From Octopus sinensis (Eukaryota): 64,000 nt of DNA. The stretch lies in the NCBI RefSeq assembly GCF_006345805.1, contig NC_043002.1:19716001-19780000 (forward strand), given 5' to 3'. The notes under the pieces were generated by a model that worked only from the letters and a program-made list of their open reading frames with translations, had not been told where the DNA came from and made no database searches. Below, one piece after another: positions 27,021 to 39,932 of the stretch. The position numbers and the translations under genes are program-made. The stretch's first letter is position 1, and the number at the start of each line of letters is the position of its first letter.

Positions 27021-28129
27021 TTTAAATAAAATCTAATCAGTTGACCTCAGTACAGTTTAAATAAAATCCTATTACATTTTAAAATATTATTAGGAATTGT
27101 ATTAAAAAAATTGTTAAAATATTTTGTGTATTCTACAAGTATAACCAATTTATTGAAGATAAATTTTAACAATACAATCTTATATGGACCCCCAAGGGTC
27201 ATACAGACCTGGTTGAGAACCACTGAAATATACCTTTACAATGAAGGGGTACTTGGACAAAATCATTTGTATATTTTCGTGTAATGGATTTACGTTATGT
27301 TGATTTACAAGTGTTCTTGTTATATTTACTAACCTCTTTTTATATTCATTATTTATACCTTATTCTATCCTCTTCCCTATAAATCTTATGTCTTTATTTT
27401 ATTTCCCGTTATTCAGTATTCTATTCCTCTTCTCATATTCTGTGCATCTTCTATATTCTATATCGCTTGTTTTTTCCATATCCTCCAACTTATAATCCTA
27501 TATTCTATACCACTTCTCATATTCTATACCTCTCCCATATTCTATTCTTTATTATTCTATATCCTATACTCAGCATGGATGATATTTTGTATCTCATTAT
27601 TCTGCATTCTATAAACTACACCTATTCCTGCATTAAAATATCTACAATAATATCCAATACAGTACAGTGTTCCCACCTGAGGAGGAAATTTGTCAATGGA
27701 GATCTTAACAAAAAACCAAGATACAGGAAGTCTTTGGATAACCAAAGTGCATTTCATAAAAAAACTGAAACCTATCATGAATGGCTGAAGTGGGGTGGAT
27801 ACATTGAAATACATGAACAGTTTCTCCGAACAGTAGCAGTATTTCACTATCCAGTTATTGATGTAATAACAAAAACACACACACACAAAAAGAAAAATCA
27901 CATCTGGTGATGGATCTTTAAATCCAAAAGCTCTACAACACAAGTCACTAATAACAAATTATCCAGCAACAGGACTCAGTCTACAGTTATTCATTGGTTA
28001 ATTTAATTCCTAACCTATATAGCTGTCTGTCTGTCTGTCACCTTACCAGTTAATATGGTTAAACATTAAAACTTAAATCATCAATGAAACTCATACTCTC
28101 TATTATACTGTTCTGACAGTTTCTTCCTT

Positions 28130-28300
28130 CCTTTCTTCCTTTCTTTCTTTCCTTCTTTCTTTCTTTATCTTTTTCCTTCTTTCTTTCTTTTTCTTTCTTC
28201 TTTCTTTTTCTTCTTTCTTTCTTTCTTTCTTTCTTTTTCTTTCCTTTCTTTCCTTCTTTTCCTTTCTTTCTTCTTTCCTTCCTTCCTTCCTTTCTTTTGT
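28130..28300. repeat. Polypyrimidine (CTTT/CTT/CCTT)n tract
   Basis: Direct reading. Confidence 0.95.
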
Positions 28301-28744
28301 TTGATGTGTGTGTATGTGTGTATTAGTAATATACCTATATTATAATGATGTTCATTTTGTGATGGTAAACTTCAAGATATTGGCACTTTGATTTACTCCA
28401 ATGCAGATTTTGTTGCAGTGTTAAAATATGGATCACGACATATCCTATCACTACAGATACCATGCCCTGACCTCCAACTTTCTTGTGTTGGGAGGAAATA
28501 CAGCCCTACCTACTTCATCATTAATGTTAAGATTTCCTGTGACACTGAACGGCTTTCACACTTCCTCATCTGAATCACTCAATTCTTGCCGTGTCCAAGA
28601 CAGAATGTCAAAAATATGGGTCAGTAGAGTTACAGTGAAAGAGTTGCAAGAAATAAAATAAGTAAATAAGAAGTTGATTTACCACACTAACTTTCATTTT
28701 TTATTTTGTGTCTCTACATTGATTAGGTTACTGTATTTAATAAT

Positions 28745-28930
28745 GGTTTCAAACTCTGGCACAAGGCCAGCAATTTTAGGGGGAGGCTAGTTGATTACAT
28801 TGACCTCACTACTTGGATGGAACTTTATTTTATTGACCCCCAAAAAGTTGAAATGCAAAGGTGACCTTGGTAGGGTTTGAACTCAGAAGAAACACTACAC
28901 AGCATTTTGTCCAACATGGTAATGATTTGG
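28745..28930 (-). mobile_element. tRNA-headed SINE family B (Nin/Deu-domain-like), degenerate
   Basis: Similar to the copies at 32795-33432 and 47995-48420. Confidence 0.65.
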
Positions 28931-28974
28931 TCATGGCAACTAATAAGGGCCAGTTTCCTGGTTTCCATGGCATA

Positions 28975-29165
28975 AATATTCCTCACCTGGATGGGATGCC
29001 AGTCTGTCGTAGCGTTATTCATTTTTGCCAGCCGAGTGGACTGGAGCAACGGGAAATGAAGTTTTTTGCTCAAGAACACAATGCATTGCCTGGTCCAGGA
29101 ATCGAAACCACAATCTAACGATCATGAGTCAAACATCCTAACTACTAAGCCAGGCACCTCCACAC
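28975..29165 (-). mobile_element. SINE family F, 5' part
   Basis: Head ggcttagtagttaggatgtttgactcatgatcgttagattgtggtttcgattcc on the minus strand. Confidence 0.75.
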
Positions 29166-29473
29166 AATGCAGTCTTGGCTCTCATTGGATCCTGTGAAAC
29201 CATCTAACCCATGTCAGCATGAAGCATAGATGTTAAATGATGATGGTGGTGGTGGGGTGGCGGTGGCAGCGGTGGTGGTGGTGGTGGTGGTGGTAACTCT
29301 CCTGCCCCAAATGACAGATGAGGGTTCCACCACTTCTTGCCGAAAGACCTGCACAAATGATTTGTTTGTAGCGATCAAATGATTGTGCTGTACCCTACCT
29401 CAGTCTCCCCATGAAACCAGCATTGCATGCACAGGTGCATTGTGTGCCACACATAAGATGTCAACATAGGAGT

Positions 29474-29648
29474 GGTGCAGGAGTGGCTGTGTGGTAAGTA
29501 GCTTGCTTACCAACCACATGGTTCCAGGTTCAGTTCCACTGCATGGCACCTTGGGCAAGTGTTTTCTACTATAGCCTCGGGCCAACCAAAGCCTTGTGAG
29601 TGGATTTGGTAGACAGAAACTGAAAGAAGCCTGTCGTATATATGTATG

Positions 29649-29718
<70 letters not shown>

Positions 29719-29925
29719 TGTGTGTGTATCTGTGTTTTCCCCCAACATCGCTTGAAAACGATGCTGGTCTGCTTACATCCCTGTAACTTAGCGGTTCAGC
29801 AAAAATGACCGACAGAATAAGTACTAGGCTTACAAAGAATAAGTCCTGGGTTGATTTGCTGGACTAAAGGTGGTGCTCCAGCATGGCCACAGTCAAATGA
29901 CTGAAACAAGTAAAAGAGTAAAGAG
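29474..29925 (+). mobile_element. SINE family A, full length
   Basis: Consensus head, (TA)n and tail. Confidence 0.92.
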
Positions 29926-30114
29926 AGAGAGAGTGACCACAGAGCAACCGGAAAGGAGGTGTTTGGCTCAACAACACAATGCACTACTTGATCTGGGAAT
30001 TGAAATCTAGATCTTGTGATTGTAACACTCTTACCACAAGGCCATGTACCTTCACACACACACACACACACACACAGAGTTTTATGCATACATATGCAAA
30101 TGTGTGCATGTATG

Positions 30115-30164
<50 letters not shown>

Positions 30165-30506
30165 TATTCTATTGACTGTGGCTGAGAAGCTATATTTCAT
30201 TTCAGTCTGATCTCAAACATGAATGTTTACACATTTCCAATATCTTTGTTACCCAATATTTGACCACATCCCTTAGTCTGTCCACTACGCATATTCATCA
30301 CTTCCTTCTCACCCAGTCACATCTGGTTTTCAAGAAAATTTATCTGTCTCCATTCTTCGCTTCATTAATGCCACCTTCATAAATTCACACATTGCATCAA
30401 TCAGTTTACAATTGCTTGTCTTCCTGCCTAGCTGTGTTTGCTTGCTTCCACAAACGATGAAGGAATGAGTAATAATGATGATGATGATGATGATGATAAT
30501 AATGAT

Positions 30507-31000
30507 GTTATCATGTACATTGTTTTGTCTTGGTATAAAAGATGGGCTACAGTAAATATTATGCTCAATACCACAGATTTGCTTGTCAGTTGTTTGACCT
30601 TAACCAGTTACCATGTCCCTTAGTGGCTGATGATATGTGCATCTCTGATCATGAGCAGAAGTAGTGGGGGAACATCATAGCCGTGTGTTGAAAGGAATTC
30701 TTAGAGGTTTGGATTATTCACCTTTGGAAACATGGGTGGTTCGTTCAACATCCTTAAACAATCCTTATTCAGGGACCTTTTGAGCAGGATGGGCTACTCA
30801 ACCAGAAGAAAATTCTAACTGGGCCCCACCTGCAAGGTCATGCGCTGTTTATCTTGATATGAGATCACCATCTCATGCACATTGGTTGTGATGCATGTAC
30901 CTGGTGTACTCTTTTCAGACAGGTAGTCATGATGGGTATACTGGGCTTTGTATATTTTACTGCAGTGTCACTTTGATGGCATGCACTGCTCTCTCACTCA
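30507..31000 (+). mobile_element. Family D repeat (~500-550 bp, (AAT)n-tailed), copy 1
   Basis: High similarity to 31663-32206, 32258-32751 and 51177-51567; ends gcactgctctctcactc(aat)n. Confidence 0.85.
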
Positions 31001-31021
31001 ATAATAATAATGATAATAATG

Positions 31022-31070
<49 letters not shown>

Positions 31071-31288
31071 TGATTTCAAATTTTGGCACATTTCCAGCAA
31101 GTTTGAGAGAGAAGTTAAGTTAATTATACTGATCAGCTGGTACTTATTTTATGAACCCTGAAAGGATGAAAGGCAAAGTTGCCCTTGATGGAATTTGAAC
31201 TCAGAAAGTAAAGATGGACAAAATACCAGTAAGCATTTTGCCCAGTGTGCTAACAATTCTGCCAGCTCACCACCTTAAATAATGATAA

Positions 31289-31319
<31 letters not shown>

Positions 31320-31662
31320 TTCTCCCGTCGAAGATAATGTATGAGCATTCAGCTTTTGCCAAACGACCTACACAAATGATTCGTTTATAGTGATCAAATG
31401 TTCGTGCTGCACATAAGCGCACTCTCTCCATCAAATTGATGTTGTCTGAATAGGTGCACTGTGTACCATGCATCAAGTGTCAAAATGATTACAGAGCAAT
31501 GTGAGATGAAGTGTTTTGCTCAAGAATACAATGCACCACCAGGTCAAGGAATTGAAATCATAATCGCAAGATTACAAGTGCAATATCCCAACCACCAGGC
31601 CACGTGTCCTCACATAATAATGATAATAATAATAATGATGATGATGATGATGATGTTGATGA

Positions 31663-32206
31663 TAAATGCCCTGATGCAGTACCAAGCAGTGGCTCTCATG
31701 GCTTCTGATCTTAACTGATTGGAAGTGTTATCATGTACATTGTTTTGTCTTGGTATAAAAGATGGTCTACAGCAAATATTATGCTCAATACCACAGATTT
31801 GCTTGTCAGTTGTTTGACCTTAACCAGTTGAGCATGTCCCTTAGTGGCTGACGATATGTGCATCTCTGACCACGAGCAGAAGCAGTGGGGGGAAGCATCA
31901 TAACTGTGTGTTGAAAGGAATTCTTAGAGGTTTGGATTGTTCACCTTTGTAAACATGAGTGGTTCGTTCAACATCCTTAAACAATCCTTATTCATGGACC
32001 TTTTGAGTGGGATGGGCTACTTGACCAAAAGAAAATTCTAACTGGGCCCCACCTGCAAGGTCATGCACTGTTTATTTTGATATGAGATCACCATGTCGCG
32101 CACATATAGTTGTGAGGCATGTGCCTAGTGTAGTCATGATGGATATACTGGGCTTCGTATATTTTACCCCAGTGTCACTTTGATGGCATGCACTACTCTC
32201 TCACTC
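31663..32206 (+). mobile_element. Family D repeat, copy 2
   Basis: Starts taaatgccctgatgcagtacca; (AAT)n tail. Confidence 0.85.
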
Positions 32207-32257
32207 AATAATAATAATGATAATGATGATAATAATAATAATAATAATATAATAATT

Positions 32258-32751
32258 GTTATCATGTACATTGTTTTGTCTTGGTATAAAAGATGGGCTA
32301 CAGCAAATATTCTGCTCAATACCACAGATTTGCTTGTCAGTTGTTTGACCTTAACCAGTTGAGCATGTCCCTTAGTGGCTGACGATATGTGCATCTCTGA
32401 TCACGAGCAGAAGTAATGGGGGAGCATCATAGCCATGTGTTGAGAGGGATTCTTTGGGGTTTGAATAATTCACCTCTGGAAACATGGGTGGTTCTTTCAA
32501 CATCCTTAAACAACCCTTATTCAGGGACCTTTTGAGCGGGATGGGCTACTCAACCTGAAGAAAATTCTAACTGGGCCCCACCTGCAAGGTCATGTGCTGT
32601 TTATCTTGATATGAGATCACCATGTCGCGCACATATGGTTGTGATGCATGTGCCTGGTGTACCCTATCAGACGGGTAGTCATGATGGGTATATTGGGCTT
32701 CGTATATTTTACCCCAGTGTCACTTTGATGGCATGCACTGCTCTCTCACTC
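32258..32751 (+). mobile_element. Family D repeat, copy 3
   Basis: Same 5' breakpoint (gttatcatgtacattg) as copy 1. Confidence 0.85.
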
Positions 32752-32761
32752 AATAATAATA

Positions 32762-32794
<33 letters not shown>

Positions 32795-32799
<5 letters not shown>

Positions 32800-33432
32800 G
32801 TTTCAAATTTTGCCACAAAGGCAGCCATTTTGGGGGAGAGAATGAGTCGATTACATCGAACCCAGTGTTCAACTGGTATTTATTTTATTGATCCTAAAAG
32901 GATGAGAAGCAAAGACGATCTTGGCAGAATTTGAACTTGGAACATGAAGACGAATGAAATACCACTAAGCATTTCACCTGGTGTGCTAACGTTTCTGCCA
33001 GTTTGCCACCAGTATTAATAATAATCCCTTCTACTGGAAGCACAAGGCCTCGAATTTGGGGGAAAGGATTAAGTCAATTACATTGACCCCAGCGCATAAC
33101 TGGTGCTTATTGTATCAATCCTGAAAGGATGAAAAGCAAAGTCGACCCTGGCAGATGAAACATTGCTAAGTATTTCACCTGGTGTGCTAACAATTCTGCT
33201 AGTTTGTTATAAATAAAAATAATGATTTCAAATTTTGACACAAGGGCAGCTTGGGGGAGGGGATTAAGTCGATTACATCGACCCCCAGTGTGTAACTGGT
33301 ACTTATTTAATTGACTCTGAAAGGATGAAAAGCAAATCAACCCTTGCGGAATTTGAACTCAGAACGTAGCGGCAGACGAAATACCGCTTTGCATTTTCCC
33401 CAGCATGCTAACAATTCTGCCAGCTTGTCGCC
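32795..33432 (-). mobile_element. Three consecutive SINE family B copies
   Basis: Repeated tgaccc.gaaaggatgaaaagcaaagtcgacc.tggcagaatttgaactcagaacgtagcggcagacgaaataccgc blocks; minus-strand B box gttcaaattcc. Confidence 0.8.
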
Positions 33433-33434
33433 TT

Positions 33435-33436
33435 AC

Positions 33437-33480
<44 letters not shown>

Positions 33481-33522
33481 ATAATAATAAAAATAATAAT
33501 AAAGATAATAATAATAATAAAG

Positions 33523-33559
<37 letters not shown>

Positions 33560-33567
33560 TAATAACG

Positions 33568-33601
<34 letters not shown>

Positions 33602-33619
33602 TAATAATAATAATAATAA

Positions 33620-33671
<52 letters not shown>

Positions 33672-33672
33672 G
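33435..33672. repeat. (TAG)n-(AAT)n trinucleotide microsatellite
   Basis: Direct reading. Confidence 0.97.
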
Positions 33673-34361
33673 TATAGTCAAGGTAGGAGTGTGATTGATC
33701 ATAGATCTGCTTTAAAGAAAAAGCTAATTTAAAGCTGCCAACAACATTAACCACACTAGAATGCTTCAAAAAATCTTTGAAAATAACAGCAAAACTAGAG
33801 AAAGAGACAAGCACTCCATTTTATGGTTTATTGGAGTTTATTTCTACAGAGAATACCGACTGGACAACAAAAGTAAAGACAGAAATCTGATAGCATTTTA
33901 CGTTCAAAAATATTAATTTTTATGGGACACACTTTTAGGGAGACCAAATATACAACTAATCACTACAGGGAATCATAAGTATATTGTGTCAGAGAGGTTT
34001 TATGAAATAAAACTGTGGGCAAACTGTGACCTATGGGGCTTTTTGAATGGCATGCCTAATGAAAAATTACCTTGAATATATTTAGTAGTGTGGCCTGCCT
34101 GATGCTGTGCCAAGTGTCATGCAGCCCACTTCTCAAAAAGGGTTGCCCATGCCTGATCTAGTTTGATGCAATGTTAGACTTAGTGACCCTACTGAACTTA
34201 CCACAGGTAAGGACCACTGGTAAATGTGAATTGGTGAGTTTGAATGCACAAAATCAGCTATTTTGGAAGCTATTCTTTAATGAAGTGGAAGAAGGAGGTG
34301 GAGGAGGATGAGGAACAGCAGCAGTAGTTGAAGTAGCAATAGTGGTAGCAGCAGTAGAAGA

Positions 34362-34740
34362 GCAATAGCCCAGTGGTTAGGGCAGTGGACTCGCGGTTGG
34401 AGGATCGCGGTTTCGATTCCCAGACCGGGTGTTGTGTGTGTTTATTGAGCGAAAACACCTAAAGCTCCACAAACTCCGGCAGGAAGTGGTGGCGACCCCT
34501 GTTGTACTCTTTCGCTCCAACCTTCTCTCACTCTTTCTTCCTGTTTCTGGTCCCCGACTTCCTACACAACCGCTGAGCCTGGATGCGCATTCATCCATCT
34601 GTCGATGCTCTCGGTGTCGGGGGTTGGCCTGCTTTCTCTTCTACGGGTTTTACGAATAGCAAAGGACCATGATTTGGACTTCTCCCACTGCAAGTTCTGG
34701 GACGAAGATCGCTTCGCTCAACAGCAACAGCAGCAGCTTC
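34362..34740 (+). mobile_element. tRNA-headed SINE family H, CpG-rich
   Basis: A box tagcccagtgg and B box ggtttcgattcc, followed by ~300 bp of non-tRNA body and a (CAA/CAG)n tail. Confidence 0.7.
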
Positions 34741-34758
34741 TTCAGTTATGGCACTTAA

Positions 34759-34960
34759 CCCTTTTGATACCAATCTGCCCGAGAAAGTCACTGGCTCTAA
34801 GCTACAAACTTAATGTAAATTTTCCATCAAAATTTCATGTCAATTTATATCTCTAACACCAATTTAAGAACTACAAAGTTATTTTATTAAATTCTCCTTT
34901 GTTTTCAGAATTGACTAAAACAAAGGAGCGTATTTCAACAGGAATAAGGTAACAAAAGGC
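34759..34960. mobile_element. piggyBac-type MITE
   Basis: TTAA|CCCTTTTGATACC ... GGTAACAAAAGGC|TTAA. Confidence 0.75.
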
Positions 34961-35359
34961 TTAAGAAAGAAATCTACTCTTTTATTTAAACCTGGATGAT
35001 GGTTGTCTGTTATTTCACATATAATAATTTAAGTAGGACTTAAAAAAATCTATGTCAGTTGTTTAATGAGGTCTACGTCACCAGGATATCATTATCTGTA
35101 TCACTGAGATATTAATATTTGGATCATTAGGTTATGGGAGTCTGTGTCACCTGTGTATTTGATATCTGGGTCACAGAGATATTGAAGTCTGGGTTGCTCA
35201 GTCATTGATTATTATCCACCTAGGTTACTGAGACATTGATATCAGGTAAGATGTAAGGGTCCTTGAGATTTTGATGTCTGGGTCGCTGTGATATTGGGGT
35301 GTGAGTAAATGAAATATTGGTTCATGTCACAGAGATATTGATGTCTGCTTCATTCAGTA

Positions 35360-35770
35360 TCATCACCATCACCACCATCATCATCATCATCATCATTTAA
35401 TGTCCATTTTCTAAGCTGGCATGGGTTGGATAGTTTAACAGGAGCAGGTAATCTGGAGGGCTACCCCAGGCTCCTATCATCTGTTTTTGGCTTGATTTCC
35501 ATAGCAAGATGCTCTTCCTAATGCCAACCACTTTACAGAGTGTACTGGGTGCTTGCTATGTGGTGCTGGTATGAGTGCACTTTACATGGTGCTAACACAG
35601 GTGGCACCAGCATGGGTGCCACCAGCATGTGGCACCAACATGGGTACTCTTTTACATGGCTTCAGTACCCACAGGGTTTCCAGGTGGCTTGCAAGACAGG
35701 GACGTCTCAGCTGAGAAACAGAGAGGTACCAAGAGAAGTGGCCATGTACCAGGTGAGAGGCCGGAGTATG
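35360..35770 (-). mobile_element. RTE-type LINE 3' UTR fragment, degenerate
   Basis: (CAT)n plus a diverged family sequence. Confidence 0.65.
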
Positions 35771-35875
35771 ATAGGAGGGACAGGGATTGCTGTCTTATTA
35801 CAAAGAGGACTAATATGAATCACTGGCATATTGATACCTGTGTCGTTGAGATATCGATGTCTAGGTCACTAGGGT

Positions 35876-36027
35876 CATCATCATCATCATCATCATCATT
35901 TAGCGTCCGCTTTCCATGCTAGCATGGGTTGGACGGGTCAACTGGGGTCTGTGAAGCTGGAAGGCTTCGTCAGGCCCAGTCAGATCTGGCAGTGTTTCTA
36001 CGGCTGGATGCCCTTCCTAACGCCACC
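35876..36027 (-). mobile_element. RTE-type LINE 3' end
   Basis: (CAT)n plus family sequence; agggt on both flanks is a possible TSD. Confidence 0.8.
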
Positions 36028-36980
36028 AGGGTACACTTAGATATTAATGTCTCAGTTATTGAAGTGCATATAAATGAAGTATTGATGTTCAGGTCACTAG
36101 GGTATTCACATCTATATAACTGAGGTATTGATGTCAGTACATGACACAATGGCATTGATGTATGTACTCCAAAGGTATTGATATTTCACAGGTGTAGTGA
36201 CATAAGTGTACTAAGGTATTAATTTTTAAGCCATTAGAGTCTTCATAAATGTGTCACTGCGGTATTGATATCTGGGTTATTGAGATATTGATGTCTGTGC
36301 TGCATGAGCATCGATGTCTGAGTCACTGTAATATTGATGTCTGAGTTACTGGGGTAATTGTATCTTAGTCACTAGAAGTGTTGAGATGGGTGTCTCTAAG
36401 GTTTTGGTGTCTTAATAGGATGAAGGGAAAAGGGTCCCTGCAGTTAAGAAGCTTGTTTTTCAGCCAAATACATTTGGGTTCACTCCTATTATAGCCCTGG
36501 ACCAACTAATGCCTTGTAAGCGAATTTAGTAAATGGAGACTGAGTGGAAGCTTTTATGTACACACACACACACATTATATATTCATTAGTCCAACCCATG
36601 CCAGCATTGAAAACAGACATTAAAGGATGATGATAATGATGATGTATATATATATATATCCTTACGTTTGTGTCTGTCCCTGCCAGCATATTGACAACTG
36701 ATGTTGATTACATCCTTGTAACTTAGCAGTCCAACAATTGAGACCAATAGAATAATTACCAGATTTAAAAATGAGTACTGGGGTCGATTTGTTCACCTAA
36801 AACCTTTCAAAGCAGTGACCCACCCATGCCACAATCTAGTGACTAAAACAAACAAAAAATAAACGATTTCACTAAGCTCCTTCAAATTCTAGAATAATTT
36901 CACAATTAATTGAAATACATGAGAACTATAGTATCTATTTCATTAGAAATGCAAGCACAGAAAGATTAATCAATTATATC

Positions 36981-37360
36981 CAGGAGTGGCTGTGTGGTAA
37001 GTAGCTTGCTTACCAACCACATGGTCCCGGGTTCAGTCCCACTGCTTGGCACCTTAGGCAAGTGTCTTCTACTATAACCTCGGGCCGACCAAAGCTTTAT
37101 GAGTGGATTTGGTAGACAGAAACTGAAAGAAGTCCGTCGTATATATGTGTGTGTCTGTGTTTGTCACCCCTCCCCAACATTGCTTGACAACCGATGCTGG
37201 TGTGTTTACATCCCCGTAACTTAGCGGTTCAGCAAAAGAGACTGATAGAATAAGTACTAGGCTTACAAAGAATAAGTCCTGGGTTGATTTTCTCGACTAA
37301 AGGCGGTGCTTCAGCATGGCCACAGTCAAATTACTGAAACAAGTAAAAGAGTAAAAGAGA
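36981..37360 (+). mobile_element. SINE family A, full length
   Basis: Consensus match. Confidence 0.92.
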
Positions 37361-37644
37361 GCGAGAGTACCCCTTAAGGATTTGTAATGTTACTATTTGT
37401 TTTGAATTTAAATCCCATCTAGGTCAACTATGATTTTCCTCCTTTTGGAATAAATACATTAATGTTCCAGTTAAGACCTGGAATCATTTAAATTGATTAC
37501 ACCCTATCTCATAAATGCGTGGCCCTCTGATAATTTCAGAATCCTTTATTGTATCAGTCAATAAATGTTTGAGCGACAAAAATGGTAGAACAAGGCAGTA
37601 AAATTACGTCCCTTTGATACCTAACGTCAGGTAGTCTCAGTTAC

Positions 37645-37746
37645 TTGGCCCCCTTAGTACCTTTATCACTGTCCATTCTATTGCGAGTATTCAGAGCTGT
37701 GTCTCAGGTCTGAGAACTTCCTGTCTTCTTCCAACAATTTCAGAGG
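37645..37746 (-). CDS. Candidate 102-nt exon (PLKLLEEDRKFSDLRHSSEYSQIEWTVIKVLRGQ)
   Basis: T16-caaag acceptor, CAA|GTAACT donor, open phase 0-0 frame; no homology recognised. Confidence 0.3.
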
Positions 37747-38714
37747 CTTTGAAAAAAAAAAAAAAAAAGGGTATGTTGTGCTTTTTCCTTCGGTTTAAAT
37801 TATTAAAAAAAAGAAATCCCTTTCTAGTGATTTGCTTTTATAGGTTTGATATAAATAAACAATCGATTACATTCCCCTTTCAGGCTTGGTCCCAGGAATT
37901 TTTCGAAAGGAAGACACAAGGTCAGAAAGAAATACAATTCCAGGAGAAACGGGTGTAATAATATTATTTAGAAAGGCGCACTTCTTTTCTTGAGGGGGAC
38001 AGCCAACCCACCCCGAAGTTCGCCCCCTGCCGTTCTAATTCCTAGTCTTGTGTCAAAGTTAATAATCACTCATAAGGAAGGTAACCACGGATGGTTAAGC
38101 AGAAGAGATGCAAGAGTTGTGTCCCTTGCATCTATTTTGGCAAGACATGGTTACGCGCAATTTTGCAAACGTTGAACATTTAACCCGAGGAATAACTGGA
38201 AGAGTTAATATGGTAAATACTCAGTTTGTGTATAGATATGTTTGCGTGCGCGTACACTCGTGAAAGCTATTCTTTAATTTTTTGTTAATAGACTGCGTCT
38301 GCGGTTGAAGTGTTTTGTTTTATTATACTGACTCAAGTACGCATTTTAAATCTACTTATTGAACTCTCTATGTCCAATTACTAAATTACTATTAGACATT
38401 GACAAAGCCATATACAAACACACAAATATACACACACGTAAACAGATATAAATGTATGCATATATAAGTGTTTTATATATATATGTGTGTCTGTGTCTGG
38501 ATGGATGGGAAGGGAGAAAAGCAGCAGTTGAAGACTAGGTAGAGACACCGCCACCTTCACCCTATGTTTATATCCATCTCTTTCTCTCTTCCCTTCCAAA
38601 CTAATTCTTTTGTATTCATATCCACTTGTATTCACCTTTTTGGACGTATTACTTTGACAGTACATTCTGGCACCTTATTACCTCCATACTTATTTGTTTA
38701 AGGCACTGCACCAA

Positions 38715-39165
38715 CCACCCTATTCATCCACGTAAAATGAGAGGTAGCCATAAATTTCCCCTACAACAATAAACTCGTCCCTGCTTTCCCCATCATACTT
38801 TAACATCTGTAAAAGAAAGGTAAAGGGTAAAGACCACTTTCGGTCATGAATAATCATTATATTGCGCCTAGAAAGTTCCTCTCCAAGGCACAAATCCAGG
38901 CAAGGTTGTTTGTAGAAGACCAGCAGTTGCCCATGCATACCAGCTTCCCCTCTCCATGCCACTGATGTTATCCAAGAGAAATGCAAAGGCCGATACAGAT
39001 AGACACTAGTGATGCTGCATCTCATTTCTACAGATGAGTGAACTGCAGCAATGTAAAATAAAGTGCTTTGCTCAAGAACACAATGCACAGCCTAGTCCTG
39101 GAATTGAACTCATTACCTCATGATTGTGAGCCCACCACTCTAATCACTGAGTCATGTGCCTTCAC
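38715..39165 (-). mobile_element. SINE with family-F-like head and a different tail (family G)
   Basis: Matches 47627-47950. Confidence 0.75.
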
Positions 39166-39499
39166 TTTAACTTCCATACACCTCACATAAAGTGAACACT
39201 CTTTCTCCCTCTCAGTCTAGGGGTTCCTTAATCTTGCAAATTACAAAGCAATTTCATTAATGTTGGTGCCAAGAAAAACAGTACCCAGCACACCAGGTAA
39301 AATGGTGGTATTAGGATAGACATCCAGCCAGAGAAATGACACCCAATTTGGAGCAAGATATCGTCCTATAACTCGTTAGATCTTGTCAGAACATTCATCT
39401 TATGCCAGCATAGAAAATGGATATGATGATGATGATGATATATAATCTACTAGCATAGAACACATAAAAAATACCATGATTCATTTGAATTTGGAATAT

Positions 39500-39854
39500 A
39501 GGCATAGGAGTGGCTGTGTGGTAAATAACTTGCTTACCAATCACATGGTTCTGGGTTCAGACCCACTGCGTGGCACCTCAGGCAAGTGTTTTCTACTAAA
39601 GCCATGAGGGGATTTGGTAGACGGAAACTGAAAGAAGCCCGTCGTATATTTGTGTGTGTGTCTGTGTTTGTCTCCCCAACATCGCTTGACAACCGATGCT
39701 GGTGTGTTTACGTCCCCGTAACTTAGCGGTTCGGCAAAAGAGACCGATAGAATAAGTACTAGGCTTACAATGAATAAGTCCTGGGGTCGATTTGCTCGAC
39801 TAAAGGCGGTGCTCCAGCATGGCCACAGTCAATGACTGAAACAAGTAAAAGAGT
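39500..39854 (+). mobile_element. SINE family A
   Basis: Consensus match with a short internal deletion. Confidence 0.9.
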
Positions 39855-39932
39855 ATATATATTATGCAAAAATATAAAAATATATTTTAATGTAAGAATA
39901 TTCTGGATTCTATGATATTGTTCTTGACCTTC

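Larger units (their letters stand above)
35075..36410. repeat. Decayed ~23-bp minisatellite (consensus ~GAGATATTGATGTCTGGGTCACT), interrupted by two RTE inserts
   Basis: Recurrent tattgatgtctg/gtcactga motifs at 22-24-bp spacing. Confidence 0.75.

Noticed and set aside
34362-34435. tRNA gene (and similar heads of SINE families A, B, F, G)
   Set aside because: A/B boxes are present but there is no convincing acceptor stem or terminator, and the sequence continues into SINE bodies.
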